DNA of 53,353 nucleotides from a virus (IMGVR_UViG_3300044229_003740:1-53353); one strand, 5' to 3'; counted from the stretch's first letter, positions 35,977 to 45,002 are shown. Numbers and translations are program-made. The notes: a model not told the origin generated them from the sequence alone.

Positions 35977-35992
35977 CTGTATGTTTTTCCAG
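35977..35992. promoter_or_regulatory. Candidate LexA (SOS) box
   Basis: CTGT-ATGTTTTT-CCAG, one mismatch from gammaproteobacterial CTGT-N8-ACAG. Confidence 0.5.
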
Positions 35993-36047
35993 CCCAATCA
36001 TGGGCGATGCGCACCTATAACGGCTGACCTATACTGCTTCCTATGAA

Positions 36048-36275
36048 CTAGGCGGCATCTACGTCAGCCAATCGCGGACAAAGCTCTGACGCCTTGATCT
36101 CACCCTCAGTAGCCCTTTCGGCCTTAATTGCATGAAGCTCGGACATGCCGTGCTTACCGCTCACCCAGCCGGAAACGCTCGCCTGCTTAACGCCCAATGC
36201 GGTTGCAGTGCGCTCCTGGGTGCCGAAGTGGGCGATGAGCTTGGATATAGGTGAAAGCATGATGACAGCCTGCAT
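36048..36275 (-). CDS. cro: Cro-like repressor (YdaS family)
   Basis: I.HFGTQ..TA.ALGV.Q.SVS.W...AERAT.G.I.A.ELCP; divergent from cI. Confidence 0.88.
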   Translation of the reverse strand: MQAVIMLSPISKLIAHFGTQERTATALGVKQASVSGWVSGKHGMSELHAIKAERATEGEIKASELCPRLADVDAA

Positions 36276-36277
36276 AG

Positions 36278-36343
36278 ATAGGAATGCCTATATAGTAGGC
36301 ATAGGAACTCCTTTTTGCAACAGTATAGGTTCGCCTATACATT
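36278..36343. promoter_or_regulatory. OR-like operator region: three ATAGG-N4-CCTAT sites with divergent pR/pRM
   Basis: ATAGGAATGCCTAT (36278), ATAGGAACTCCTTT (36301), TATAGGTTCGCCTATA (36324); TTGCAA at 36315-36320 with -10 boxes 17 bp away on both strands. Confidence 0.8.
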
Positions 36344-36351
36344 TCTCAGTT

Positions 36352-37056
36352 ATGAGCATCGGTGATCGGGTTAAGCGCGCCCGCAAGCGCATCGGGATGA
36401 ATCAGAAAGAACTGGCGTTTGCCATTGGCATAAAGCAGCCCACTCTTTCCGAACTGGAGCGCGGTGAGTCCCGCTCTAGCGCTTACCTCGTGCAGATAGC
36501 CGAGGTGTGCAAAGTAAATGCCCGATGGCTAGCCACGGGCGTCGGCGATATGCTTGATGCTGAACAGTCGCTACCTGATAGCAACGCCGAGATGATGGAC
36601 ATTGAGGTCATTGAGGGCGACGAGCCCTTACGTAGCGATGAGGTGTGGCTGCCCATTTTGCGAGAAGTGGAGTTTGCTGCGGGTGACGGCGCTACCCAGG
36701 TCATCGAGAACCACGGCGCCCAGGAGCGTTTCAGCTTGCCTCGATTGGCCCGCCAGGGCGTTCAGCCTCACAACGCTGCCTTAGCGGTAGCAAAAGGCGA
36801 CTCAATGATGCCAGCTATTCACGACGGGGCCACGTTAGGGATCGACAAGGGCTGCCAGGGCATTGTAGACGGCAAAATCTACGCCCTAGACCATGGCGGC
36901 ATGCTGCGAGTTAAAAAGCTTTACCGCCTTCCGTTGAACCGCGTGCGCGTCGTTAGCGAAAACTCAGATGAATACCCAGAAGAGGTTTATAGTCTCGCAG
37001 ACCCCGACGCTCCCAAGATCATCGGCAAGGTCTTCTGGTGGGAGAATTTTGATTGA
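36352..37056 (+). CDS. cI: CI repressor (HTH + S24 peptidase)
   Basis: HTH MNQKELA..IGIKQ.TLS.LERG; AG cleavage site (FAAGDG), GDSM serine and RVKKL lysine. Confidence 0.93.
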   Translation: MSIGDRVKRARKRIGMNQKELAFAIGIKQPTLSELERGESRSSAYLVQIAEVCKVNARWLATGVGDMLDAEQSLPDSNAEMMDIEVIEGDEPLRSDEVWLPILREVEFAAGDGATQVIENHGAQERFSLPRLARQGVQPHNAALAVAKGDSMMPAIHDGATLGIDKGCQGIVDGKIYALDHGGMLRVKKLYRLPLNRVRVVSENSDEYPEEVYSLADPDAPKIIGKVFWWENFD

Positions 37057-37421
37057 GTGCTAAGAAGCCAAAATCTCGCCATGTTCTGACGAGAACTGCA
37101 AATCAAATGCGCACAGTAGGCGAGGGGCGCCGTAATGGTGCTAAAATACCCCCAGATAAGCCAAATTCTGGCGGTGGACCGCCTGGAGGCAACGATATGG
37201 AAAAGCGCATAGAGGCCCTGGAAAAAGCCGTCCCAGATATTCGTGAGCGCTTGGCTGGGATAGAGGCAACCGTGAAGTCTATTGAGACTCACAGCGCCAC
37301 CAAGTCCGACCTGAGCAAGCTGGAGTCGACTATGGTGAAGTGGTACGTGGCTACTTCTTTTACCATGGTTGGCCTAACCGCCGGGATTGCTTTCACCGCT
37401 GCCAGGATGATCGCTGGCTAG
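37053..37421 (+). CDS. Coiled-coil membrane-anchored protein co-transcribed with cI
   Basis: MEKRIEALE...ATKSDL..LE..MVKW plus C-terminal TM; alternative start at 37197 has GGAGG RBS. Confidence 0.7.
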   Translation: MSAKKPKSRHVLTRTANQMRTVGEGRRNGAKIPPDKPNSGGGPPGGNDMEKRIEALEKAVPDIRERLAGIEATVKSIETHSATKSDLSKLESTMVKWYVATSFTMVGLTAGIAFTAARMIAG

Positions 37422-37445
37422 AAAAACCACTTAGCAAATAGCTCA

Positions 37446-37469
37446 ACCCGCCCATGAGGCGGGTTTTTT
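37446..37469 (+). terminator. Terminator of the immunity operon
   Basis: ACCCGCC-CATGA-GGCGGGT followed by a T run. Confidence 0.8.
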
Positions 37470-37480
37470 GTGTCTGTAAG

Positions 37481-37562
37481 TATAGGCAAAGAAAGGAAAA
37501 TATAGGAATTAATAAAAAATATAGGGAAAGCTATTGACCATGTTTATAGGATTGCCTATATT
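37481..37562 (+). promoter_or_regulatory. OL-like operators and pL promoter
   Basis: TTGACC-17-TATATT overlapped by TATAGGATTGCCTATA (37545-37560) and ATAGGGAAAGCTAT (37521-37534); further TATAGG half sites. Confidence 0.8.
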
Positions 37563-37597
37563 TAACTCACACAACGGCACAGCAGAAGGCCAGCGAC

Positions 37598-37972
37598 ATG
37601 GAAATCACACAAGGCGAGTGGGTGGCAGAAATTGAAACCACCAAGGGCAGCGAAGGAATGACCCGCATGGAAGCCACCTATCTGCTGTGCGTTGCCAACG
37701 GAATGAACCACAAGGAAGTCGCCAAGGCGGTAGGTCGCTCACCGGGAACGGTAAGCAAAGGGCTCAAGCGAGCTTACGACCGCCTTGGCGTCAACAGGGG
37801 CACAGCAGCGGTAGCGCTGGCCCAGGCCAAAGGATGGATTCGATACGCAGGGAAAGCCGCCATGTGCTTGCTGTTATCGGCAGCAATGCTCACAGGCACA
37901 GACGATGCGATGCGCCGAGCTGGCAAGACTCGCATGGCCCGAAAGGCGGGGCAGGTTCAGACCGTCGCTTAG
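37598..37972 (+). CDS. LuxR/GerE-type HTH regulator
   Basis: T..E...L..VANG...KEVA..VGRSP.TV...L.RAY.RLGV...AAV..A...GWI. Confidence 0.8.
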   Translation: MEITQGEWVAEIETTKGSEGMTRMEATYLLCVANGMNHKEVAKAVGRSPGTVSKGLKRAYDRLGVNRGTAAVALAQAKGWIRYAGKAAMCLLLSAAMLTGTDDAMRRAGKTRMARKAGQVQTVA

Positions 37973-38238
37973 CAGTAGCAACACCCGCACCACCGGGCAA
38001 TGTGGAGGCTCTTTACGACAATCTGCGATCCCCCGGTGCTTGGGCCAATGCATCCACTCACAGGCTGAGTGATTCCAGCGACACCCAAGCGGGGCGGCCC
38101 CTAACAGACGTGGGGCAGCGGGTTGGCACCCAGGCCGTAGCGAGGCCACGTAGGAAAAAGACCGATCCGGGGTCAGTACCGGATGTGATGGCTATTCACT
38201 GAGTAGCCATCCATCAGCGCATCACGGTGTGTTGATGG

Positions 38239-38655
38239 ATGAAACAGGAGAATGAAATGAGCCAATTAACCCAAGCCTGCCAAGGCTTAAATAAATGCAT
38301 CGGCATTATTAATCGCAATATCCATGAAGATATTGACGCCCAGCGAGCAGCGAACATTTCAGAGGCGAGAAGTTTTGGCCAACTACCGATGCCAGTTGAG
38401 CGCAGGTTACGCGATATTGTTGCCGCGACTTTTGAGCACGGCAAAACGACCAAAGACGATTGGTTTCGTATCGCATGGCCGGGGCAAGAACAGCACCTTT
38501 GCTCTTCTGCCTACTGGATCAAGCGAAAGAAAGTTAGCAACACGTTTGAGGTAGTTCGAGGAACTATCACGATTGCTCGCTTTACTCGCCAGAAGAAAAG
38601 AGGCGAGCTTTACGCCAATTTGGCGGAGGCAATAGAGGCTGACTTGCTCGGTTAA
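38239..38655 (+). CDS. Hypothetical protein
   Basis: CAGGAG RBS before ATG at ~38257; lower GC. Confidence 0.65.
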   Translation: MKQENEMSQLTQACQGLNKCIGIINRNIHEDIDAQRAANISEARSFGQLPMPVERRLRDIVAATFEHGKTTKDDWFRIAWPGQEQHLCSSAYWIKRKKVSNTFEVVRGTITIARFTRQKKRGELYANLAEAIEADLLG

Positions 38656-38773
38656 TAAAAGCCCGTTCACTGAGCGGGCATCGACGTAGCGGTTGAGAAG
38701 ATTGCGGATTCGCGGTCGTACCCGAGAGGGCAGCCGCTACCTCGATTTTTGATCACGATCACAGGAGAGCGGT

Positions 38774-39013
38774 ATGAGCGAACAACCAGGATTTCGATTA
38801 AGGCCGATGGATGAAGCGCCGCGAGACGGCACGGCAATCATCGTTAAAGAGCGCGATGAAGACGGCAATTGGTACCGCCTATGTAGGTGGGTAAAGCCTT
38901 ACAGCGTTAACTCGAATTGCGGCGCATGGCAGCATTTGTGCGATGGCGACGCAGTTTCGCACATCACAGAACAGCGAGCGCTTGGATGGATGCCTGAGCC
39001 TAAAGGCGCGTAG
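38774..39013 (+). CDS. Small phage protein (DUF551-like)
   Basis: PMDEAPRDGT.I...WMP.P; AGGAG RBS. Confidence 0.65.
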   Translation: MSEQPGFRLRPMDEAPRDGTAIIVKERDEDGNWYRLCRWVKPYSVNSNCGAWQHLCDGDAVSHITEQRALGWMPEPKGA

Positions 39014-39038
39014 CCGCTAATCAACAGGAGGTGGGTAT

Positions 39039-39269
39039 ATGGGCGTCGTAACGCAAGAAGTTGAGCATGATTATCTGGATGTCTCGCTTGTAATTGATCA
39101 GAAAGCGAAAGAGGAGACGCGCAGACCTTGGCAGATTGTCAGCCTCGAGGTCGGGATGCTTCACAGCATGACACCGAAAGAGCTTCGCCAACTTGGCAGA
39201 TGGCTACAGCAAGAAGGCAAGCGCATTGGTCGAGAGTTTAAGTCGAACGGTGCGCGTAAAGAGCAGTAG
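39039..39269 (+). CDS. Hypothetical protein
   Basis: AGGAGGTG RBS. Confidence 0.65.
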   Translation: MGVVTQEVEHDYLDVSLVIDQKAKEETRRPWQIVSLEVGMLHSMTPKELRQLGRWLQQEGKRIGREFKSNGARKEQ

Positions 39270-39571
39270 CCCGTTCCGCTGGGTAAACGCGGCCTAAAGC
39301 CTGCCCTTGGGCTGAGAATTCGAGGGCATCGGGGAGCGTCCTGGTTCGGTGCCGTTTTCAACTGACTGCGGACATGCGACGTCTTCACAGGGCGCTCCAC
39401 CGATGCATCCGCATCACGTGTCGGCTCAAGGAAGAGCAAGCATTCGCCCCTCAGCCGAGGGGTTTTTTATTGGCATGGCCGCGCATCGTGACCATGCCCG
39501 CGCCGCTTCCCTCCATTCACCGCATTGGCACTGCGATAGATCGAGGCGGCGCGCCCAACACAGGAGGCTTT

Positions 39572-39721
39572 ATGCAACTACCTACTAAGGCATTGAGCAA
39601 GCAAGAGCTGAACAGCCGCAACGATAAAGCGGCGGCTTCCCGTTACGCACTGCGTCGAGAGATCGAGCGTCGCAACGAGCAGAAGGCGCTCAATGATCAG
39701 TTGATGGAGGCCTGGCAGTGA
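39572..39721 (+). CDS. Small basic helical protein (start MQLPTK)
   Basis: AGGAGG RBS; 49 aa. Confidence 0.6.
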   Translation: MQLPTKALSKQELNSRNDKAAASRYALRREIERRNEQKALNDQLMEAWQ

Positions 39722-39865
39722 CCACGCCCTACATACTCCGCGAACGCCACGAAGGCCGCATCGTACCCAGAGTCGATTGCGGCTTATTTTTTGGCCGCCG
39801 CTTGGCTCGCAAAGGAGCCAAGGAGCGCGGCTTCCCACCGGAATTGATCAAAGAGGTAAAGCGCC

Positions 39866-40105
39866 ATGCGCAAGAAAACGCTTAGCGTCCTCGCTATCGC
39901 CGCGCTGTTTTCTGCCTTGGCTTTGGCTGGGCATGACAGCAAGGCCGAGGCCGAGCGCGAGCTGCTTAGCTATTGCGAACGGGTCGCTCAATTTGAGGCC
40001 GAGAAAGCGCGCGGCGTGCCGCTTGAGTTTCGCAACGGCCATAGAGATTGGCGAGACGACATTAACGTTGCCGAGGATTGTCCCGGCATGCGCCCAGCGA
40101 GGTAA
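39866..40105 (+). CDS. Small exported/membrane protein
   Basis: Basic then hydrophobic N-terminus; GAGGT RBS. Confidence 0.6.
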   Translation: MRKKTLSVLAIAALFSALALAGHDSKAEAERELLSYCERVAQFEAEKARGVPLEFRNGHRDWRDDINVAEDCPGMRPAR

Positions 40106-40109
40106 CGAC

Positions 40110-40334
40110 ATGCAAGCCATTGACCAGCTACACGGCCTAGCCGACACCTGCCGCCAACAGTGCGGTTTTTATGTCTCTGTCAGCACGGCCTACCACGCAA
40201 GCGGCGGCGAGTATTTCAGCGCCATGATCTTCGACAAGGGCAGCGAGATCGCCCACCTGTACGGCACGTCAGCCGCCGAGGTGGCGGACAAGCTCGCTAC
40301 CTTCATCGTTGCGAATCGCCAGGAGGTCGCATGA
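40110..40334 (+). CDS. Hypothetical protein (start MQAIDQ)
   Basis: GAGGT RBS; ATGA overlap with the next gene. Confidence 0.6.
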   Translation: MQAIDQLHGLADTCRQQCGFYVSVSTAYHASGGEYFSAMIFDKGSEIAHLYGTSAAEVADKLATFIVANRQEVA

Positions 40335-41017
40335 AAGAACGCCCGATTTTATTCAACGCTGCCATGGTCAACGCCATTCTGGCAGGCCGAAAAACGCAGA
40401 CGCGGCGAGTTGTTAAGCCTCAGCCACCGGAAACACATTCGTTTGGCGGCTACGTCATAGAAGCAAGCCCGCGCAAAAATGAAGGCAAGTTCAAATGGGG
40501 AATCAAGAAAGGCGAATACCACTTCGCCGACTCAATATATGCCCGATGCCCCTACGGCCAGCCCAGTGATCGGCTGTGGGTACGTGAGAGTTGGAGCGGC
40601 GAGTATCACATGGCTGGAATCAAACCGAGCCGCCGCATTGATTATCCAGATGAAGCCAACCACATGCCTGTCCTTCCTGTCACTTGGTATTGGGCGGATG
40701 GCGAGCCTGAAAGCGGCGATTGGGAGCGCCCACGGCCATCCATCCATATGCCGCGCTGGGCCTCACGTATCACGCTAGAGATCGTCAGCGTTCGCGTTGA
40801 GCGATTGCAGGATATAAGCGCAAAGGATGCAGCACAGGAAGGCGTGAGCTTTGGGCGCATAACGGACCAGGCTACTGGCGAGATTGATCGTGATGCCTGC
40901 GAGGCTTTTGAAGAACTCTGGCAATCAATCAACGGCGCTGAAAGCTGGGACGCCAACCCCTGGGTGTGGGTCGTCGAGTTTGAGCGCATTCAAGAAAACG
41001 CGCAGGAGGCCGCATGA
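40331..41017 (+). CDS. Conserved phage protein, ASCH/PUA-like (start MKERPILF)
   Basis: MV.AIL.GRKTQTRR, CPYG.P.DRLWVRE, PSIHMPRWASRITLEI..VRVERLQDIS, W.ANPWVWVVEF. Confidence 0.8.
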   Translation: MKERPILFNAAMVNAILAGRKTQTRRVVKPQPPETHSFGGYVIEASPRKNEGKFKWGIKKGEYHFADSIYARCPYGQPSDRLWVRESWSGEYHMAGIKPSRRIDYPDEANHMPVLPVTWYWADGEPESGDWERPRPSIHMPRWASRITLEIVSVRVERLQDISAKDAAQEGVSFGRITDQATGEIDRDACEAFEELWQSINGAESWDANPWVWVVEFERIQENAQEAA

Positions 41018-41298
41018 ACCGAGAGGCAAAAATACGGCTGCGCGCCGCCGCGATCGTCGAAGCGGTTACCGAGGGCGATGCCCATCACGTCGCACTATTC
41101 GCCAATTACCTGGATGGCGTAGGCGACCTTACCAGCGAGATCGAATGGCTGACGCCAGCCGCCACGGTGGCGGACATGGTCGAGGCCTACATCAAAAATC
41201 CGACCGGCCAAAAGATTTTGGATGACTGGGCGCATGAAGTAGCCGAGGACGAGCAGACAGAGGTCGAGGAAGACCAAACCGAGCATCGAGCGGCATAA
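41014..41298 (+). CDS. Hypothetical acidic protein
   Basis: AGGAGG RBS, coupled. Confidence 0.6.
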   Translation: MNREAKIRLRAAAIVEAVTEGDAHHVALFANYLDGVGDLTSEIEWLTPAATVADMVEAYIKNPTGQKILDDWAHEVAEDEQTEVEEDQTEHRAA

Positions 41299-41372
41299 AG
41301 AAGCCCCTTTCGTGCGCTAACACGTCAGGGGCCGGATTTATCCACGTCGAAATAGATCACCAAGGAGTTTAT

Positions 41373-42128
41373 ATGAGCAATATCACGCGACACAACAGCG
41401 GCGGTGGCTTTGCCATGCAGCCCCAAAGCCTCGATGAGGCCATGCGGCTTGCCTCGATGCTGGCTTACAGCAACATGGTGCCGAAGAACTACCAGAACAA
41501 AGAGCAGGATACGCTGGTGGCCATGATGATGGGGTCAGAGCTTGGTCTTAACCCGATCCAGTCCCTGCAAAACATCGCCGTCATCAACGGCAAGCCGTCT
41601 ATCTATGGCGATGCGCTGCTTGCCTTGGTGCAGAGCCACCCGAAGTTTGGCGGCCATGAAGAGTCGTTCGATGACAACACGATGACCGCCACCTGCACCG
41701 TGTGGCGTAAAGGCGACGCCACTAAGCACACCGTCACATTCAGCCAGGCAGACGCCCAGCACGCCGGGCTATGGGGCAAGCAAGGCCCATGGCAGAGCTA
41801 CCCCAAGCGCATGCTGATGTGGCGCGCACGCGGCTATGCCTTACGCGACAAATTCTCCGATGCGCTGGGCGGCCTGATCACCGTCGAGGAAGCCCGCGAC
41901 ATTCCCGAAGAACGGGAGATTAACCCGACGCCGCAAGAAGCGAAGCCGCAGGCGTTGCCGCATTACCCCGCCGAAGACTTCGATGCCAACTTCCCCAAAT
42001 GGGAAGGCGTCATTCAGGCAGGCAAGAAAACGCCCGAGCAGATCATCGCCATGGTCAGCAGCAAGGGCGAGCTCACCGAAGACCAGAAAGCCGCTATTCG
42101 TAACGTCGAAAGCGAGGAGGCAGCATGA
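41373..42128 (+). CDS. RecT-like single-strand annealing protein
   Basis: S.MVPK.Y......G.ELGL.P.QSLQNI.VINGKPS, W..YPKRML..RA...ALRD.F.D.LGG; adjacent to exonuclease. Confidence 0.8.
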   Translation: MSNITRHNSGGGFAMQPQSLDEAMRLASMLAYSNMVPKNYQNKEQDTLVAMMMGSELGLNPIQSLQNIAVINGKPSIYGDALLALVQSHPKFGGHEESFDDNTMTATCTVWRKGDATKHTVTFSQADAQHAGLWGKQGPWQSYPKRMLMWRARGYALRDKFSDALGGLITVEEARDIPEEREINPTPQEAKPQALPHYPAEDFDANFPKWEGVIQAGKKTPEQIIAMVSSKGELTEDQKAAIRNVESEEAA

Positions 42129-43753
42129 ACGTACATGACGTAATTCAGGGATCAGCCGAATGGGGCGCACTACGCGCCTCTTGTTTTACTGCCAGCGAAG
42201 CCCCGGCAATGGCTGGGGTCAGCAAGTACACCAGTCGCTCAGATCTGCTCAAACAGAAATACACCGACGAGGTGCCGGAGGTCAGTCCGGCACAACAGCG
42301 GCTGTTCGATAAAGGCCATGCCACTGAAGCCAAGGCGCGCCCCATTGCCGAGCGCATCATCGGCGAAGAGCTGTACCCCTGCACGGCAACGCATGACGAC
42401 CACCCCTGGTTACTCGCCAGTTTTGACGGCTGCACCATGCTTGAGGACGTCATCTTCGAACACAAGATGGTGAACGACGAACTGCGCACCTCCACGGTCG
42501 AAACGCTGCCCGAGCATTACAAGGTGCAGATGGATCAGCAGCTAGCCGTGAGCGGTGCCGATAAATGCCTGTTCATGGCCAGCGACGGCACCGAAGACGA
42601 CTGCAACTGGTTCTGGTACGAAACCACGCCGGAGCGTATCGCCTCGCTCATGGCGGGATGGGAGCAGTTTAAAGCCGACCTGGAAGCCTACGAGCCCCAG
42701 GAGCAGAAGATCGCGCCGCAGGGCGAAACGCCGGACAAGCTGCCCGCGCTTAGCATCCAGATGACCGGCGGCGTGCAGGCTAGCAACTTGCCCGACTTCA
42801 AAACCAAAGCGTTGGCGATGATCGAAGGCATCAAAACCGAGCTAGTGACCGACAAAGACTTTGCCGACGCGGATAGCACGGTGAAGTGGTTGCAGAAAGG
42901 CGAAAAGCAGCTTGATGACAGCAAGCAGCGCGCCCTTGAGCAGACGGCCAGCATCGCCGAGCTGTTCAGCACTATCGAAGAGCTGCGGGAGACGATGCGC
43001 CAGAAGCGCCTACACCTCAACAAGCTGGTGAAGGCTGAGAAAGAAAACCGGCGCATTGAGATCCAGCGCAAGGCAGCGGAGTCATTTGAAAGCTTCCTGG
43101 CGTCGCTCAACTGCCCGATTGAGCCCTCGCACAGCCTGGACATTGCGGGCGCAATGAAGGGCAAGAAGACCATCGCGACCCTGAAGTCCGCAGCCGATGA
43201 CGAAGTGGCACGCGCCAAGATCGAATGCCAGCAGCTAGCCAATGAGATCAACGGCAACAAGGTACTGCTCGACAAAGAGCAAGGCGGCTACGGCTTTCTG
43301 TTCAGCGACTGGCGCGACCTCATTCAGAAAAAGCGTGACGACCTGCAAGCGGTGATCGCCGCCCGCATCGCCCAGCAAAAGGAAGCGGAGCAAAAGAAAC
43401 TGGACGCAGAGCGGGAGACTATCCGCCAGGAGGAGGCGGCCAAGGCCAAGCGTGAGGCAGGCGAGGCGGAAGCCAATCGCCAGGCCGAAGAATCAGAGAA
43501 GCGCAAGCCAGAACCTGAGCCCGAGCCGGAACCGCTACCGGCAGCCGCCGAGCATAAACCCATCGACACCACACGTCTTAATGCCGCCGTTCAGCGCGGC
43601 AGCCAGGTATCGCAGCCCGATCAGGTTACGATCACTCGCAAGGAATACGACCGCCTGCTCGAAGCCGAGGCCAAACTGTTAGCGCTTGAAGCCGCAGGCG
43701 TCGACAACTGGTCTGGCTATGACGACGCGATGGAGCAACTACACGCAGCCTAG
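42125..43753 (+). CDS. YqaJ-family exonuclease with long coiled-coil C-terminus
   Basis: QGS.EW..LR....TASEAPAM.G.SKY, GH..E, ASFDG, FEHK, Q..QQL.VSGA. Confidence 0.88.
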   Translation: MNVHDVIQGSAEWGALRASCFTASEAPAMAGVSKYTSRSDLLKQKYTDEVPEVSPAQQRLFDKGHATEAKARPIAERIIGEELYPCTATHDDHPWLLASFDGCTMLEDVIFEHKMVNDELRTSTVETLPEHYKVQMDQQLAVSGADKCLFMASDGTEDDCNWFWYETTPERIASLMAGWEQFKADLEAYEPQEQKIAPQGETPDKLPALSIQMTGGVQASNLPDFKTKALAMIEGIKTELVTDKDFADADSTVKWLQKGEKQLDDSKQRALEQTASIAELFSTIEELRETMRQKRLHLNKLVKAEKENRRIEIQRKAAESFESFLASLNCPIEPSHSLDIAGAMKGKKTIATLKSAADDEVARAKIECQQLANEINGNKVLLDKEQGGYGFLFSDWRDLIQKKRDDLQAVIAARIAQQKEAEQKKLDAERETIRQEEAAKAKREAGEAEANRQAEESEKRKPEPEPEPEPLPAAAEHKPIDTTRLNAAVQRGSQVSQPDQVTITRKEYDRLLEAEAKLLALEAAGVDNWSGYDDAMEQLHAA

Positions 43754-43845
43754 CCCCCTCACGCAGGGGCTTTTTAACGCCAACAGTTCACCCACCCGGG
43801 GCCGCCGGCCCCTTTCAACCCACCACCTCGATGAGGTAACTCGCA

Positions 43846-44208
43846 ATGTCACATCCCACTGATGTAACCAAATTCATGGAAGACCTGGACGGCGGCGTAG
43901 TCGCGGAACGACTGGGGGTCATCCTCAGTCACGCCGCAGCCGCTGCCACCGACAACCCCAAGAAGAAGGCCAAGGTCACCATCGACATGGAGATCACTAA
44001 TATTGGCTCGGGTGGTCGTGTCGGCATCGCTCACAAGCTGTCGTTCAAGATCCCGCATGAGCACGGCACCCAAGCCGAAGACCACACCACCGAGACGGTG
44101 ATGTTCGTCAACACCGGGGGCGAAATGACGCTTGAGCCCAAGAACCAGATGGACATGGTCGGCCACACACACCGCAAAGACACCAACACTAACCAGGAGC
44201 AGCACTAA
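43846..44208 (+). CDS. Conserved phage protein (YfdP-like partner of DUF2303)
   Basis: F..DLDGGV....L...L, KVTI, HKL.F..P..G...E....T.M.VN.GG..T. Confidence 0.65.
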   Translation: MSHPTDVTKFMEDLDGGVVAERLGVILSHAAAAATDNPKKKAKVTIDMEITNIGSGGRVGIAHKLSFKIPHEHGTQAEDHTTETVMFVNTGGEMTLEPKNQMDMVGHTHRKDTNTNQEQH

Positions 44209-45002
44209 TGACGTTATCCAAAGAAGCCCTGCAACACCTCGAAGCCGGTCACAAGACCGGCACCCTGGCTGCCGATGGTCAAGCACTGATCGTCGGCGAA
44301 GACTTCAAGTTGGTCGACATGGAGCAATATCAAGACCAGCGCCGCCGCTTTCGCGGCAAATTTGCCACCCGAGGCCTGAAAGACTTCATCACCTACGTGT
44401 CTGGCCAGCAGGCCAACGCACCCGTCTTCATCGACCGTGACGCCATGGCCGCTCGTTCTTTCCTCGACATCGGAAACAAAGAAGCGCCCGGGCATTGCGA
44501 TCACTCGGCCTCGCTGGATTTGCCGAAGACGCCCGAGTTCAGCGCCTACCTGAGTGCGGATGGCCGCACCTTTGATCAAGACGACATGGTGGAATTGATC
44601 GAAGACTGGGGTCACCTGATGACGTTTGAGAACAACAAAGGCGAAGACCTCGAACGCAGCAAGGTGCTCAACGCCGTGCGCAAGGTCAGCCTCGATGACC
44701 TGACCAGCATTGAGAGCGACAAGCAGGAGCATTCAAGCCAGGTCGGCGTCATGAACCGTGTCACAGTGAAGAACGCCGAGCGCTTGCCGACGGTGATTTA
44801 CTGGAAGCTGACGCCCTACGAAGGCCTGCAAGAGCGGGCGCTGGCCATGCGCGTATCCAGCAAGACCAAAGGCGGCCCCTCGTTTGGGCTTCGCGCCATT
44901 GCGCTTGACGCCTTCCGAGAGGAGGCAGCCGCCGAGTTCGCCCAGCTGGTGACCGACGGCTTGCCAGAAAGCGAGTGCTTGCTGGGCACCTTCCAGCCCT
45001 AA
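44208..45002 (+). CDS. DUF2303 (YfdQ-like) protein
   Basis: R.RFRG.F.T..L.DF..Y, PGHCDH.A.L, ELIEDW, PYEGL.ER. Confidence 0.75.
   Translation: MTLSKEALQHLEAGHKTGTLAADGQALIVGEDFKLVDMEQYQDQRRRFRGKFATRGLKDFITYVSGQQANAPVFIDRDAMAARSFLDIGNKEAPGHCDHSASLDLPKTPEFSAYLSADGRTFDQDDMVELIEDWGHLMTFENNKGEDLERSKVLNAVRKVSLDDLTSIESDKQEHSSQVGVMNRVTVKNAERLPTVIYWKLTPYEGLQERALAMRVSSKTKGGPSFGLRAIALDAFREEAAAEFAQLVTDGLPESECLLGTFQP

Noticed and set aside
36145-36351. N-terminal extension of cI in the ORF track (303 aa)
   Set aside because: Overlaps cro and the operators; the HTH begins at ATG 36352
38680-38746. Hammerhead ribozyme
   Set aside because: A three-way junction is plausible but the CUGANGA and GAAA core is absent
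39572-39721. Lambda N-like antiterminator
   Set aside because: Only a weak arginine-rich stretch, not the first pL gene, and no clear boxB
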